A stretch of DNA of 59,297 nucleotides from Gekko japonicus (Eukaryota), in NCBI RefSeq assembly GCF_001447785.1, contig NW_015176571.1:50204-109500 (forward strand), in the 5' to 3' direction. This document shows, in pieces, positions 13,896 through 27,210 of the stretch. Both the position numbers and the translations under genes were made by a program. How positions within the stretch are numbered: position 1 is the first letter of the stretch; each line of letters opens with the position of its first letter. The notes beneath the pieces were generated by a model. That model was not told where the DNA came from. It saw nothing but the letters and a program-made list of their open reading frames with translations, and did not search any database.

Positions 13896-15313
13896 AAGAA
13901 ATATTGATATAGAATTATTGTAGTCTTAAACCTTTAAATTTAGCCTTATTTTGGAACATGTACAGGTTTGTGAATGGACAAAAAAAAGTAACTTATTTGC
14001 ATATCTTGAATAGTTTTCAGTTTTCATGTTTAAATTCAAGCCCTTGTATCAAACCATGTTAATCAAGGGCAGGAACAGTTGCCAGACATATTCTGCTCCC
14101 TTCTAGAAATGATATAAAGCATCTTACCAGGTCCCTATGAAACTGAATCAATGAGATAGTTCAGACTCTAGCTTGAGTGTATGGCATTGTTCATTTGTAT
14201 AGGGATTGCTTTCTTTCCTGGCTGTAATTAGAAGTGCACGTCTCCACCTCTTGGGATGACAAATGGCCTTGTACACCTATTAATTGTCTGAAGGAGCCTA
14301 GCTGAGATGGGAAGACTCCTGTTGGAGTAGGTGCACTGTGTTTGGCTATATAGCTCTGGAAGGCTAGCAAGTTATTGTATTAAGTATGGAAAGCTAAGCC
14401 ATAAATTTCAATTGGAGAAGTCAGGAGGTTCTGCAGTGGGTGTAAAATAGACTGCGTATCCCTGTTATCACAAAGTTGTACGTGTTTAGATCCTAATAAC
14501 CAAAGGGAAACATTGGTGCCTTGCAGTGTAACTTACAATAAATTATTTCGGATGCCTCCTAGTCACAACCTACCTTCAAAATGTCCTAGACCCGTGTCGA
14601 ACTAATTTGTTACAAGAGCTGAATCTGACATAAATGTCACTTTGTCGGGTCAGGTCATAGGTACTGGAGATACTTTACCACTGACAGTGACCCATGCCTT
14701 TTGCTTGCTATGCACAAGCAGTTTTGCACAGCACAGAGAGCTATAGCCTGACAATCAAGGTGCAACAACCAGAGACAGATTTCAGGAGCTGTTGATGAGC
14801 TGAAGCATGAAGGGCTGCATTCCAATGCTGCACATATAGTAGCCAAAGACAGGCAGCTGCCTAATCCTACACCTCCTTTTCTGAGTTCCAAATTCAGCAA
14901 CAGGCTTCAACCACAAGCTCCACCTTTTGCAGATTTTTATTTCCTGCCAGCTCAATGGCATTATCTAGCCACCCAAAATATTACTCCCTGTGCACCAGAG
15001 CACAGACACACACCCAGTACCTGCCTCTGCTGTGTGTAAACCTAGCGTGCTTTTCTGAATGCCTGCTTGTGTCCCTGACCCTTAACCTTACCCCACCCCA
15101 CCCCTACTTCCATTCAGACTCTAAGGCAGTCCTTGCATGCAGGGAGCCCAGCGGCTGTTTTGGCTTCACCCCTTCCCTGTGCTGCCAAGGGGAGGGATGC
15201 AGGAGAGGAGCTACACACATGCAGGTTAGGTTCCGGCTCACTCGTGCCTCCAGCCCTCAGTGTTCTGCATGCTTTGCTTCCCTTACATAAGTGCTTGGCT
15301 TTTCTCTCTTGCC

Positions 15314-18300
15314 TGTCAGGACCCACAGTCAAACAATTGAGTACAGACTTCTAGAAAGGTTATACTTTATTGCTAGTACTATGGTTGCAGGAACATATTC
15401 ACTGTTAGGAATAACTACCATCGAGAAAGCAGACATAGATATATAGGGTATTCAAATGTGCCCCACCACCACCTATGGCCAATTGGCCTGACTTCCCGCG
15501 GGCGGGAAGGAGGACCAGATCAGTTAGAGCCGAGGCTGGGAAATGAAACTAGTCACATGGTTAATTGATGGGAAGACACTACACCAGCAGGCTACAAGGT
15601 CAGTGATAACGAGAAGAGCAGAGAAAGGAATGCGGCAGCCACTGGCACACAGGTTATGAAAGCGAACCCAGGCCCATAAACAATATGGCAGCATAGCTGA
15701 CATTATGCCTGCCCAAAGAACCTCTTGGCCCGCCCAGGAGATCTCCCGGTTAGTCCAGGATACCTCCTAGTTTCCCCGGGAACTCCCCTACTCCCCCCCC
15801 CATTCACGGTGCTGGGGTCCAATCATTCCACCAAATAAAACAGTTTGCTGCATTTAACTTTAGAGTCCAGGATCTTGGAGATCTCGAAATGTTCTTCACC
15901 CTCCACCATGATAGGAGGGGGTACACGTTCCATGGGGCACCAGGAGCTTGGGCCTGGGTCCCATTTCAGGAGGCTGAAATGAAACACAGAATGGATATTG
16001 CGCATGTTAGGAAGGTCAAGATCCACGACCACTTCATCAGGTGTTTTACTTTAAACGGGCCAATGAACGTCCAACCCAGTTTGCGGCTGGGTCTCAACAC
16101 CTTAATGTTTTTTGTGGATACATACACAGAATCTCCAGGCTACAGAGCCCATCCCTCCACTCTTCTCTTGTCAGCCTGAGCCTGGTAAGCCTCTTTGGCC
16201 GCTTCCAATGTTTTACATAACAAAGTCCAAGAATTTTGAAGTTGTTGACACCACTGTGCAGCATCCCCCGGGCCCAAGGTAGCTCCCTCGAGAAAGGGCA
16301 ACGGAGGGGTGTCATAGCCATAGAGTGCTTTGAACGGGGACATTCACGTAGAGGAGTGACACATGTTATTATAGCAAAATTCAGCCAGGGGAAGCAAGTC
16401 TACCCATCCTGTTGGTAATTGGTGAAACAATGCAAATATTGTTCTAAAGTTTGATTCACCCGTTCGGTCTGTCCATCAGTTTCTGGATGATAGGCACTAC
16501 TCATGGCCCGTTCCACTCCCATGAGTTTTAACAATTCCCCAAAAAACTTGTCTGGGAGTGTGTGGAGGCGCACCACATGTTGCAAAAAGGCCTTTGCCAG
16601 GGCTTTGGCGGTGGGCAAGGACGCAAACGGGATAAAATGAGCCTGTTTAGAAACAGGTCGACCACCACCCAAATGACAGTCATGGGTTTTACTAGGGGGT
16701 AGATCCGTAATAAAATCCATAGAGATCACCTCCCATGGGTGACTCGGGGTTGGGAGAGGTTTCAGCAACCCTGGAGTTTTACCAGGGCGGGGTTTACACA
16801 TGACACAAGTTTGGCAAGACTGAACAAACGAATATAAATCCTTCCGCATGAGTGGCCACCAAAATTGTCTTTGCAAAAGGTGCCGGGATTTTATGAATGC
16901 ACAGTGGCCAGCAAGCTTAGAGCCATGAACTGCTGCAAGCACCTCCCCCCGAAATGATCTGGGCACAGTTTGGAGCCATGGTACCAACAACCATCCGCTT
17001 TTCTTTTCAACCCCCCGACATTTTCCACCTCTTTGTCGGCATCTGAAAAGGCAGAGGCAAATCTGACACTCCAGGCTACCTCGCCTGGAGGAACAGGAGG
17101 GGAGGAGCCGTGTTCGGATAATTGGTCCAGAGGGGAGAAGACCGCACGGCTGCGAGTCGTCACCACCCCTCCTAGATGTGAGGGTGTGAACATAGAGTCT
17201 AGTACCACCTCCCTTTGGCTGTCATGTTGTGGGAGGCGGGATAGTGCGTCCACCAGCGAATTCGCCGAGCCCGGGAAATGGTGCAACATGAAGTGAAACT
17301 TGAAAAAGAAGTCAGCCCACCGCAACTGTTTGGCATTCAGGTTGGGGGGGGGGGTTGAGCACTTCCAGGTTCTTATGATCTGTACAGACCTCAAACAGCA
17401 CCCGGGCCCCTTCTAACCAATGTCTCCAGGTTGAGAGCGCCAACCGGATCGCTCCCGCTTCTTTGTCCCAAACCAACCAATCGCGCTCGGTTTCGTTAAA
17501 TTTATGGGACACATACGCCAGGGGGTGTAACAACCCATCGTCCCCCTCTTGCAAGATTGCGCCCCCCCCCCAATCGTCACGTCTGAGGCATCAACTTGGA
17601 TGATGAATTTTTTATTTTCGTCTGGGTGGGCCAGCACTGGCTCTGACGTGAATAGAGCCTTCAGCCGGTCGAATGCCTCCTGGCATTCTTCCGTCCATTG
17701 AAGCTTAGCACTCGGTTTGGTCGCGTGTGGCCCTTTCCCTTTGGTTTTCAACAAGTCAGTGAGTGGTAAGCTGACCTGGGCAAAGTTGGGGGAAAAATTT
17801 CGATAGGAATTTGAGAATCTGAGGAAGGACTGGAGCTGGCAGCATGTGCAGGGGGCCTCCCACCTAAGTACATCCCGGACCTTCCGCGGGTCCATTTCCA
17901 GCCCCTTGTTGGAGATCCTATATCCCAAAAAGTCAATGACCGACTTATGAAATTTGCACTTGGAGAGTTTAGCAAAGAGTTTGTGCTTGTGCAACGTCTG
18001 GAGCACTTCCCTCACCAGTTTCACATGTGAGGGGAGGTAGGGGGAATACAGCAAGATATCATCCAAGTAAACAAGGGCCCCCTTGAATAAATGCTTGTGC
18101 AACACCTCATTAATCAAATTCATGAATACTCCCAGAGCCCCCTGGAGGCCAAATGGCATCACTCGGTAATCGAAGTGGCCAAGGGGTATATTAACGGCGG
18201 TCTTGTGCTCATCTCCCTCCCTTATGCGAACTTGGAAGTACGCATCTTGGAGATCCAATTTGGAGAAGATTTTTCCCTTAGACACCTCGGCCAAGCGGCA

Positions 18301-20230
18301 TGGGGTAGGCATTGGTAGACGAAGCAGCATTCAAGCTCCTATAGTCAGTACATAGCCTCAAAAAACCCCGCCCCCTCTTTCTTTTTCTGGAACAGCACGG
18401 GAGCTGCAAATGGTGAGGAAGCCGGCCTGATAAAACCCCGGGCCAGGTTCTTATCAATAAACTTACACAGTTCATCTTTTTCGACCAGTCCCATTGGATA
18501 AATACATCCCTTAGGAAATTTATGACCCAGCAGTAATTCGATACTACAGTCTGAATGCCTATGAGGCAGGAGCTCATCCGCTTCTTCCTCTTCAAAGACC
18601 CTGGCCAAGTCCCGGTATTCGGGGGGAATCAAAACCAACTCTTCTTGGGCCAGGCAAACACGGGGGGGTTCGGCTTCTGGCTGGGAACCCCACTGCGGGT
18701 TCCATAAATGCGACTTGCATCGTGGGGAAATTAATTGCACCTTCCCTTCGTCCCACAGAATGTAGGGATTGTGTCCATGCAGCCAGGGGCTTCCTAATAC
18801 TAGTGGGAATCTGGCTGTGGGGGTAATCATGAATGAGCGTTCTTCCTAGTGATACCCCGCCCCCAACCGCAATGGCACCGTCTCAAACTCGCAAGGTTTC
18901 TTCATCGTGGACCCATCCATTTGAGTAAAAATTAGGGGGTTGGGTAACCGCACCATCGTGGCTTCCAGCCCTGTCACCAAAGATGGATTGATGAGGTCCC
19001 TCCCACACCCCGAGTCAATGATCCCCCTTACTCTGATGTGGGTCCCCTCGGCCAGATTCATGAGAGTCACAGTCACAAAAAAGAGGGAAGGGTAGCTGCT
19101 CACCACTTTTGGCGCCTACGAGATCGGGCCCTGCTGCTCCGCGCCTCACACAGCAGCACCTGGCCTTTTCCCACCGGCTTGCGGCGTCCTCTCCGCTGGG
19201 ATTTGCGTTTTTCTCCTCAATGGCAGCTTGCGGTGCTTGCTGAAACTTTGCCTTATTAGGCCCCTTCTCCACCAAGGTGGGGCCCCGTCGCTTCCTGGCG
19301 TCCGTCCTTACTGTGGCTTTGCAATGCGGGGGGGGTGTCTTTCTCCAGTCGTAGCACTATCGAGCCTGAGGGTGTTCAGTCGACACTCCGCATCCTTGGC
19401 TTCTCGCATCCAAGCCATCAGTGTCACGGGATCCACCGTCCGGAGAACCATCTCCCAGATTTCTGGGTCCAAACCAGTGTGATACTGCTTGACCAGGGCT
19501 TCATCAGACCATCCCTGGGTTTTGGCAGCCTGCAGTCTGAACTCAATGTTGAGTACTCTGGACAGTCTTCATCCCATCGGAACGTGCGTAAGAATGCCCA
19601 GGCTTTGGCACCCACATTGCGATCCTCGAATTGTGCCCGCAAAAAATCGCCCACACCCTGCAGTTCCTGACCATCCCCGTTGTAGATGCTGACATACCAT
19701 GCCGCCGCTCCACTGCGTAACTGGGATACAACATAGTCCACCTGGCCCTCTTCGTTCAGGAACAAGTGGCCCCAGTTTGCCACGAATTTCAGAGTCCTTA
19801 CCACGAACAACGGGAGGGCTTCTGGGTCTCCATCAAAAGTCACATCCAATGGCTCCTTCAGGCAATACAGCTCCCCCCCCCCCCCCCGCACTTCCTTGCA
19901 CTGTGCACAGTGCACCCAACCAGTCACTCTATAAGTGGGCACATTTGGCAGGCTGGCCAACTAGTTTCCAAAGGCACCTTCCCTAGGCTGCCTGCAAGTG
20001 GGAAACCACATGGCTGGGCTTGGGGAGGTGGGGCCAAAGAGATTCTGCCTACTGCATATGAACAGCCAGGAGTCCAACACGCTTTGTTCAGAGGTGGAAG
20101 CACTGGTGGCGGTGCATCCCAGCCCCAAGGGGACTGGCTGCATAGAGCTTGGGGCCAAACCAACCCTCATCCTTTATGGTTGCGAACTCTGGGTTGGGCA
20201 ATCTTGGGGAAGACCCTGAGGAGGGACCAC
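15314..20230 (-). mobile_element. Decayed Ty3/Gypsy chromovirus-type LTR retrotransposon (gag-PR-RT-RH-IN-chromodomain, 3' LTR; 5' LTR not seen)
   Basis: Gag (TFDGDPEALPLFV, 19424-19960), protease IIDSG (18846-19106), RT YLDD (17413-18330), RNase H, integrase (16400-16990), chromodomain HFEISKILDSK (15823-16032). Many frameshifts and stops. LTR TGTCAG...CTGACA at 15314-15702. Right boundary approximate. Confidence 0.93.
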
Positions 20231-22693
20231 AGCAGGGGGTATAATACTATTCTGGTCCACATTCTGACTGGTTTCCCAAATGCTCATGGGCCAGATATGA
20301 GAAGCCCCAGGCCATATGTCCAAGACTACCTCCCACAACTTCCAAAAACTGCCCTGTATGGTGTGGCAAGATGTAACAGCAAGCTATTTAATCTCTGCTC
20401 TGTGTGCTGGATGAACTAATTAAGCCTGCTGTACTTCACAAAACTGGCCAGACACAGCTTAGTCCCAAGGGAACTTAATGGATGTGGATGCTGTTACTAC
20501 TGGTGACAGGGCTGTTTGAATGCTAAGAACTAGTTTTGTGGAAGTTTCTCCCAAGTTTAGCAAGCAAACTGACTTAACTGTATCTATTCTATCGGAATTA
20601 TGGCCATGGCTGACAGTTTAGCATGCACACCTAACAAGCAGTTAAAAGTAATAAAGACAAAATTATGGGGGAAAGGGTTTTTATTGAATTTTGTTTCCAA
20701 TTAAAGTAATGCAGTCAGATACAGAATTTAGAACACATTAAAATAACATTGGGCTACAGTAATTATTTAAGTACCATGGGACAATCTGGGACACAAGACA
20801 CAATACATTTTTGCACAATATCCAATTTTAATCTTATTTGGGGAAATGGTATAAGTTTTTATTGTCGCTACAAGATTTTGAATGTATTCACTGGTAGATA
20901 GCCAAGTACCTCTGGCACTATGTTCTTCAGTATGTTTTCCTTGTCCAACTTCTAACAATTATTTCTAGTATCGCAACTAGATGTTTACTATGAAAGACAT
21001 TCTGATTTTGGTAGGTATCACCAAATCCAGTGATCCATACAAAAACTGAGATTTCATTAAAAACCCAAACATTATATGTGTTGGTTGACAGCAAATTTCA
21101 GAAATAATACCAGTAGAAGACATTTTCTAAAGCTCTGATGTGAAGCAGCTCTTTGAACTGGTGGTCTTCTAATTTGCCAAAAATTTGAAGTGCCATGTAA
21201 AGATGTAGTTCCAGGCTAAATGATGTCTCTTACTCTCTAAAGCAGGAATCTCAAATAGGATTCAATGTCACAGATGGGGTAGTGGCAGGTCTACGTGTTA
21301 CATGAGAATTACATTTAGAACATCCAATATTGTAGTGATGGCTTGTATTGGCTAGTCACTTAATACATTCAAAATGATGCAACACTGGTTGCAATCCAGC
21401 AGTTGTATGCTTCAGTCCCATTGAAATCAGAGGGCTGCAGAATGCTTAACTGAAGTAGGATTGCATCCTAAGCACACTTCACTTGTCCTGTTAAATTAAC
21501 AGGAATTACTTCAAATGTTCCTAGGATCATAGCCTAAGGATGCAATACAGCTTCATTAAAATATGCTAATACAATTAATGAAAACAACTGCACACTCAGC
21601 TTTTAAGTTTGTTTCATCTTCTGACTTCAGAGCTTCTCTTTGCACCATGTTCACTTTAAATCTCAACTCAGAAAGGCAAACATGGATCACACCCTCACTG
21701 TTACTCAAGTGCAAAGGCACACACATGTGCTTTTCAGTTTTTTTAAACTTTTTTTTTTTAAAAAAAATCATGCCATGAGCTCAGCATGGTCTTTTTTACA
21801 TTCAGTTTTGTACTAAAAATACTTTTATTCTGGCAGGAAAGCCCAGCATATATTTACATATGCTACAAAGTTTTACAGTTATTTACATGGCTCTTTTTTC
21901 CATATGTAAAAGATGTTTTTATACTCGCGAACCTCAAACAAGTTCATCTCAAACTGGCCTCAACAGTTCTATTTCAGTAAGAGATACAAAAACACACAAA
22001 ATGTATTTCAAATATAGCTCAGTGAAATACACTGTGAAGGAGAACACTTTAAAGCGCTTGGCAGTCATCTGGCAATGCAAAAATGCTTTTGAGTTGGCAC
22101 ACTTATAGGCTGGTTGTGTTCCCCTAGGCTTGCACAAAAAGCTAGAGATCAAACGCAGAACCATGTTTCAGTTCTTACTAAACAAGTGCTGCACAAAATT
22201 TTGTTCCCAAATTCGTTTGGTCATAGGACTTTGCCTTCCCAAATCACCTTTTCAGATGACGGATCAGCCATATAATTGTTGAAACTGAAAAATATGTTAC
22301 TTGCTTTTTAAAAACAATTTTAGGTGATTTTTAAAAAAAATAGAGTTCTGTCAAAAAGTTACTTTTCTTCGACACCTACAATATTTGATCAAATGCAGGC
22401 AAATTATTTTTGCAATTATTTTGTAATGGAAATTTGGTCAATTTTTACTTCCCCTGAAAAGGGAATAGTGCCTAATGAGAACACGAAAGTGAGATGGTCT
22501 AAAAAAGCAAGCACTGCCTATCAGTTTTAACAGCACAGAGCCCCAGAAGAGTGACATGTTAAAGTATTCTTTACACCGCCCAGTAAAAAAATTCTCACAG
22601 TTAATTTGAATTCCTTACAATGTGCTTGGGATTGCATTTTGAAACCCCAACACTGCAGACTTTGAAACTATAAAATGTGTGATGTTTTCCACT

Positions 22694-23107
22694 TCAAGCC
22701 TGAACTTTAAGCAAGGTCTTCAACTGGAAAGTCATGATATCTTTATCAGCAGGGTTCAGTGAAACAGTGACCCAATGACTCGGTGGTTTAGGAAGATCAC
22801 TTGGGGAAGGAGGCTCACTGAATTTTGCTCCAGCATAATTTTGATTGGTTTGAGGCATGAAGAGTGCCGTGGATAAAGATGGATTCCAATTCTGGCTAGT
22901 CGGGAAATGCACTGTGGTCTTTCCTCCAGTCTGCATGGCCTGCCACGCTGCAGATGGTGGACTACATCCATGTCCCCTTTCTTTCTTGTGGATTTTCTTC
23001 ATCTGGGAATTCTGATCTTTGTTCTTTTTCCTGTTTAGCTGCTGTTGGTTCTTGTTAGCGTTTCTGGGCTGGGTAGATGGAATGTTAAACCTTTCTCCAC
23101 CCCCCAT
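22694..23107 (-). CDS. PNRC2: PNRC2, proline-rich nuclear receptor coactivator 2 (137 aa)
   Basis: MGGGERFNIP start (ATG 23107). PNRC motif YAGAKFSEPPSPSDLPKPPSHWV and C-terminal LKTLLKVQA. Exon acceptor TTCTTTTCCCCTAAATAG| with exon start at 23125. Adjacent to SRSF10 tail-to-tail as in mammals. Confidence 0.97.
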   Translation of the reverse strand: MGGGERFNIPSTQPRNANKNQQQLNRKKNKDQNSQMKKIHKKERGHGCSPPSAAWQAMQTGGKTTVHFPTSQNWNPSLSTALFMPQTNQNYAGAKFSEPPSPSDLPKPPSHWVTVSLNPADKDIMTFQLKTLLKVQA

Positions 23108-23896
23108 TTTCAACTTAAGTGTCACCTATTTAGGGGAAAAGAACAAGTGCAACTGTCAATAGAAAACAGAAGTATTTTTTGGAAGCTACAATGTACACCA
23201 CACATTTTTTTCTGCAAAAAGAATACCAAACTTTGGTATAGCTAAGGGCTGAGTTATATGTTATAAGGGTTTCCCAGACAACTTGATGTTGAAAAGCATT
23301 TTGGGAGGACGGGATCAGTGCCATGGTAAGGGAAGATCCTGATAGAAATTGTCTCCAAGTTGCTATTAACTCCAGGCAGGGAAAAATACAAATATCTCCA
23401 ACTTTAGCAAACCAATCTGGCTACCAAAGAAAACCCACCAGAACTTTGTTCCCAAATACAATGTTTTCTTGTATATACATCAGTCCACTTCTTAAATCCT
23501 AAAACATTCTGTCATTTGAAACATTTAAAACAAAACCGAAACAGATTCATAGTACAGATAGGTACACATGATTTGGCTATTAACATACTGAAAACTTAAT
23601 ATGCGATACTGAACGTTCTCGCAAGCACATTCTACAAGCAACGCCCCAACCAAATAATTTAATAGGCAGATAAAACACCTAAAAATATTGAGTTATTAAA
23701 CATAGATACTTCAACACTAGCTTAACTTTCATGGTTTCTCACAAGAATACTTTGTAAGGATATAGTACATTTTAAATGTGTGTTCCAATCCCTAACCAAG
23801 AATGCAAGAAACCATGACAAATGGTCTTAAAGGTCAGCTCTGAACTGAGATTTTAGAGCACTCTTCAGGTTGTATTATAGTTATTGTTCCCTTTAC

Positions 23897-23958
23897 CTTT
23901 CAGTTTTCTTTTCAGAGTCCACAGTCTCCACCTCCTGCCCTCTTTCTTGCTGCCAGAC
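23897..23958 (-). other. PNRC2: PNRC2 non-coding 5' UTR exon (62 nt)
   Basis: On the - strand CTATTCTTTCAG|GTCTGGCAGC...CTGAAAG|GTAAAG, with a purine-rich body. Confidence 0.75.
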
Positions 23959-24509
23959 CTGAAAGAATAGATGCTGACTCCTGTTGGACCCCTTCCTTTG
24001 CTTAGGAATGGTAGTTCTCATGGGCCGATCTGCTGTTTTCAGCCACGAAGCTGAGCCCAACATCGGATTCTCGACACACGGGCTTCAATGGTATAAGTCC
24101 CAGCTCTAAAAAGACAAAGTCTGAATAAATGCCAAATAAAATTCCTTGCCTGAAAATAACACTGGGAAAGACCACTCTGGAATTTATATAAGAAGAGCCC
24201 TCCTACTTGACCAGTCCTAGGTCCAGCCACATAGTTACCAATCAGATTCTCCTGGAAGGCCTTCAAGCATGGGAGGGAAGTCAAAACCTCAATAGGCTCT
24301 TCTGCAGGGATGTATTAGAAGGAAGGACAGGTGCCCATTGGAAATAATGGGAGACGCTTGAAGGCCCATTGGAAATAATGGGAGCAAGGAATGCCAATTG
24401 ACTGGCATGGGCTCCATTGAAATACATTAGAGTACAAGTAGATTAGAGTTGCAATAAAAATGCAGAATGGATTTTCTATTAGGGTCGCTGGGCCCAAACA
24501 CACTACTCT

Positions 24510-25892
24510 GGGACTGGGATGATGGGCCACGGAGTAGAATGACAGCCCCAAGGTGTAGCAGGAGTGTTCTGTGACTGAAATGAGAGACCATGGAGTGGAA
24601 TGACAGCCCCAGGGTGTAGCGGGAGTGTTCTGTGACTGGAATGAGAGACCACAGAGTGAAATGACAGCCCCAGGGTGTAGCAGGAGTATTCTGGGACTGG
24701 GATGAGACCACAGAGTGGAATGACAGCCCCTAGAGGTAGCAGGAGTGTTCAGGGACTGGAATGAGGGACCACAGAGTGAAATAACAGCCCCAGGGTGTAG
24801 CAGAAGTATTCAGGGACTGGAATGAGAGACCACGGAGTGGAAGGACAACCCCTGGAGGTAGCAGGAGTGTTCTGGAACTGGAATGACAGGCTCCAGAGGG
24901 TTATGATGGCCTCTGGGTGTAGCAGGAGTGTTCAACTGGAATGAGAGACCACAGCGTGGAATGACAGCCCTTAGGAGTAGCAGGAGTGTTGAGGGAATGA
25001 GAGACCACGGAGTCTAATGATAGCCTCTGGGGGTAGCAGGACTGTTCTGGAATTGTGATGAAAGACTACAGAGTGGAATGACGGCCCCAGCATTTAGCAG
25101 GAGTTTTCAGGGACTGGAATGACAGGCCTCAGAGTGGAATGACAGCCAAAGGGTGTAGCAGGAGTGTTCAGGGACTGGAATGAGAAACCACAGAGTGGAA
25201 TGACAGCCTCTGGGGGTAGCAGGAGTGTTCTAGAAATGGAATCAGAGTCCCCAGAATGGAATGACAGACCCTGGAGGTAGCAGGAGTGTTCAGGGACTGG
25301 AATGAGGGTCCACGGAGTGGAATGACAGCCTCTGGGGGTAGCAGGAGTGTTCTAGAAATGGAATCAGAGTCCCCAGAATGGAATGACAGACCCTGGAGGT
25401 AGCAGGAGTGTTCAGGGACTGGAATGAGGGTCCACGGAGTGGAATGACAGCCTCTGGGGGTAGCAGGAGTGTTCTAGAAATGGAATCAGAGTCCCCAGAA
25501 TGGAATGACAGACCCTGGAGGTAGCAGGAGTGTTCAGGGACTGGAATGAGGGTCCACGGAGTGGAATGACAGCCTCTGGGGGTAGCGTTCAACTGGAATG
25601 AGAGACCACAGCGTGGAATGACAGCCCTTAGGAGTAGCAGGAGTGTTGAGGGAATGAGAGACCACGGAGTCTAATGATAGCCTCTGGGGGTAGCAGGACT
25701 GTTCTGGAATTGTGATGAAAGACTACAGAGTGGAATGACGGCCCCAGCATTTAGCAGGAGTTTTCAGGGACTGGAATGACAGGCCTCAGAGTGGAATGAC
25801 AGCCAAAGGGTGGAGCAGGAGTGTTCAGGGACCGGGATGAGAGGCCCCAGAGTGGAATGACAGCTCCAGGGTGTTGCAGGAGTGTTCAGGGA
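24510..25892 (+). repeat. Left-arm ~61-bp tandem array
   Basis: Unit approximately GAGTGGAATGACAGCCCCAGGGTGTAGCAGGAGTGTTCTGGGACTGGAATGAGAGACCACA. Period 61 (24601 to 24662). Confidence 0.95.
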
Positions 25893-26144
25893 ATCAGGCA
25901 GAGTGTGACATGGAAAGGGAACATGGAGATAAGGAAGGCAGCACAACTGGACATTGGAACTGGTAGAAGACAAGGGCAAGATTTATAATTGACAATGGAG
26001 GAAGCTCACATCAACCTCATGAATTTGTAAGGAAACAAAAGAGCTGAGATAGAGCTGATGTGATGATAGCTACACACATTCCAGAAATATTTAAATGAAA
26101 AGTATTTCACGCTAAAGTTTGCAAATCCAGTTGCACAGAACTAC

Positions 26145-27210
26145 CTCTACCCCCAGGGTCTCTCCTTCCACTTTGGGGCCTGTCATTCCAGGCCCATAAG
26201 AGTCCTGCTACTTCTAGGGACTGTCAATCCACCTTGGAGCCTGTCATTTCATTCCCAGGATACTCCCAGGGGCTGTCATTCCACTTAGTGGTCTCCCATT
26301 CCAGTTCCAAAACACTCCTGCCATATCTAGGGGCTGTCATTCGACTCTGGGGCTTGTAATTCCGGTCCCAGAATATTCCCACTACTTGAAGGGACTATCA
26401 TTCCACTTAGTGGTCTCCCATTCCAGTTCCAGAACACTCCTAGCCCTCCCTGGGGCAGTCATTCCACTCTGGGGCCTGTCATTCTAGTCACAGAACACTG
26501 CTGCTCCCCCCCGAGGGCTGTTATTCCACTCCGTGGTCTCCCATACCATTCCGTGAACACTCCCAGGGGTTGTCATTCCATTCTGTGGTCTCACATTCCA
26601 GTTCCAGACCACTCCTACGGCATCCAGGAGCTGTCAGTCCACTCTAGGGCCTGTCATTCCAGTCCCAGAACACATCTGCTACACCCAGGGGATGTCATTC
26701 CACTCTGTGGTCTCTTATTCCAGTCACAGAACACTCCTGCTACACGCTGAGGCTGTCATTCCACACTGTGGACTCTCATTCCAGTCCGAGAACACTCCTG
26801 CTACACCCTGGGGCTGTCATTCCACTCCGTGGCCTGTCATCCCAGTTCCAGAACACTCCTGCTACACCTTGGGGCTGGCCATTCCATTCCGTGGCTTGTC
26901 ATCCCAGTCCCGGAAAACCCCTGCTCCACCCTAGGGCTCTCATTCCACTCTGTGGTCTCTCATTCCAGACCCAGAACACTCTATACCCAGGGGCTGTCAT
27001 TCCACTCCGTGGCTTGACATCCCAGTCCCAGAACACTCCTGCTACACCCTGGGGCTGTCATTCCACTCCACGGCCTGTCATCCCAGTCCCAGAACCTTCC
27101 TGCTCCACCCTGGGGCTGTCATTCCACTCCGTGGTCTCTCATTCCAGTCCCTGAACACTCCTGCTACACCCTGGGGCTGTCATTCCACTCTGGTCTCTTA
27201 TTCCATCCCC
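26145..27210 (-). repeat. Right-arm ~61-bp tandem array (reverse complement of the left arm)
   Basis: Repeats of GGGGCTGTCATTCCACTC...CCAGAACACTCCTGCTACACCC. Confidence 0.95.

Noticed and set aside
19424-19960. Domesticated PEG10/RTL-like gag gene
   Set aside because: The gag is frameshifted and embedded in a decayed full retrotransposon.
23108-23125. N-terminal extension MTLKLK on PNRC2 in the ORF track
   Set aside because: It starts at a GTG that is the first bases of the exon. The conserved start is ATG 23107.
25893-26145. Central spacer of the foldback element as a transposase remnant
   Set aside because: The forward frames I translated close quickly and show no recognisable motif. A profile search would be needed.
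24510-27210. Regular repeat array as a CRISPR-like locus or a repeat-protein gene
   Set aside because: No unique spacers, eukaryotic context, and stops interrupt the frames. It is the interior of a foldback transposon.
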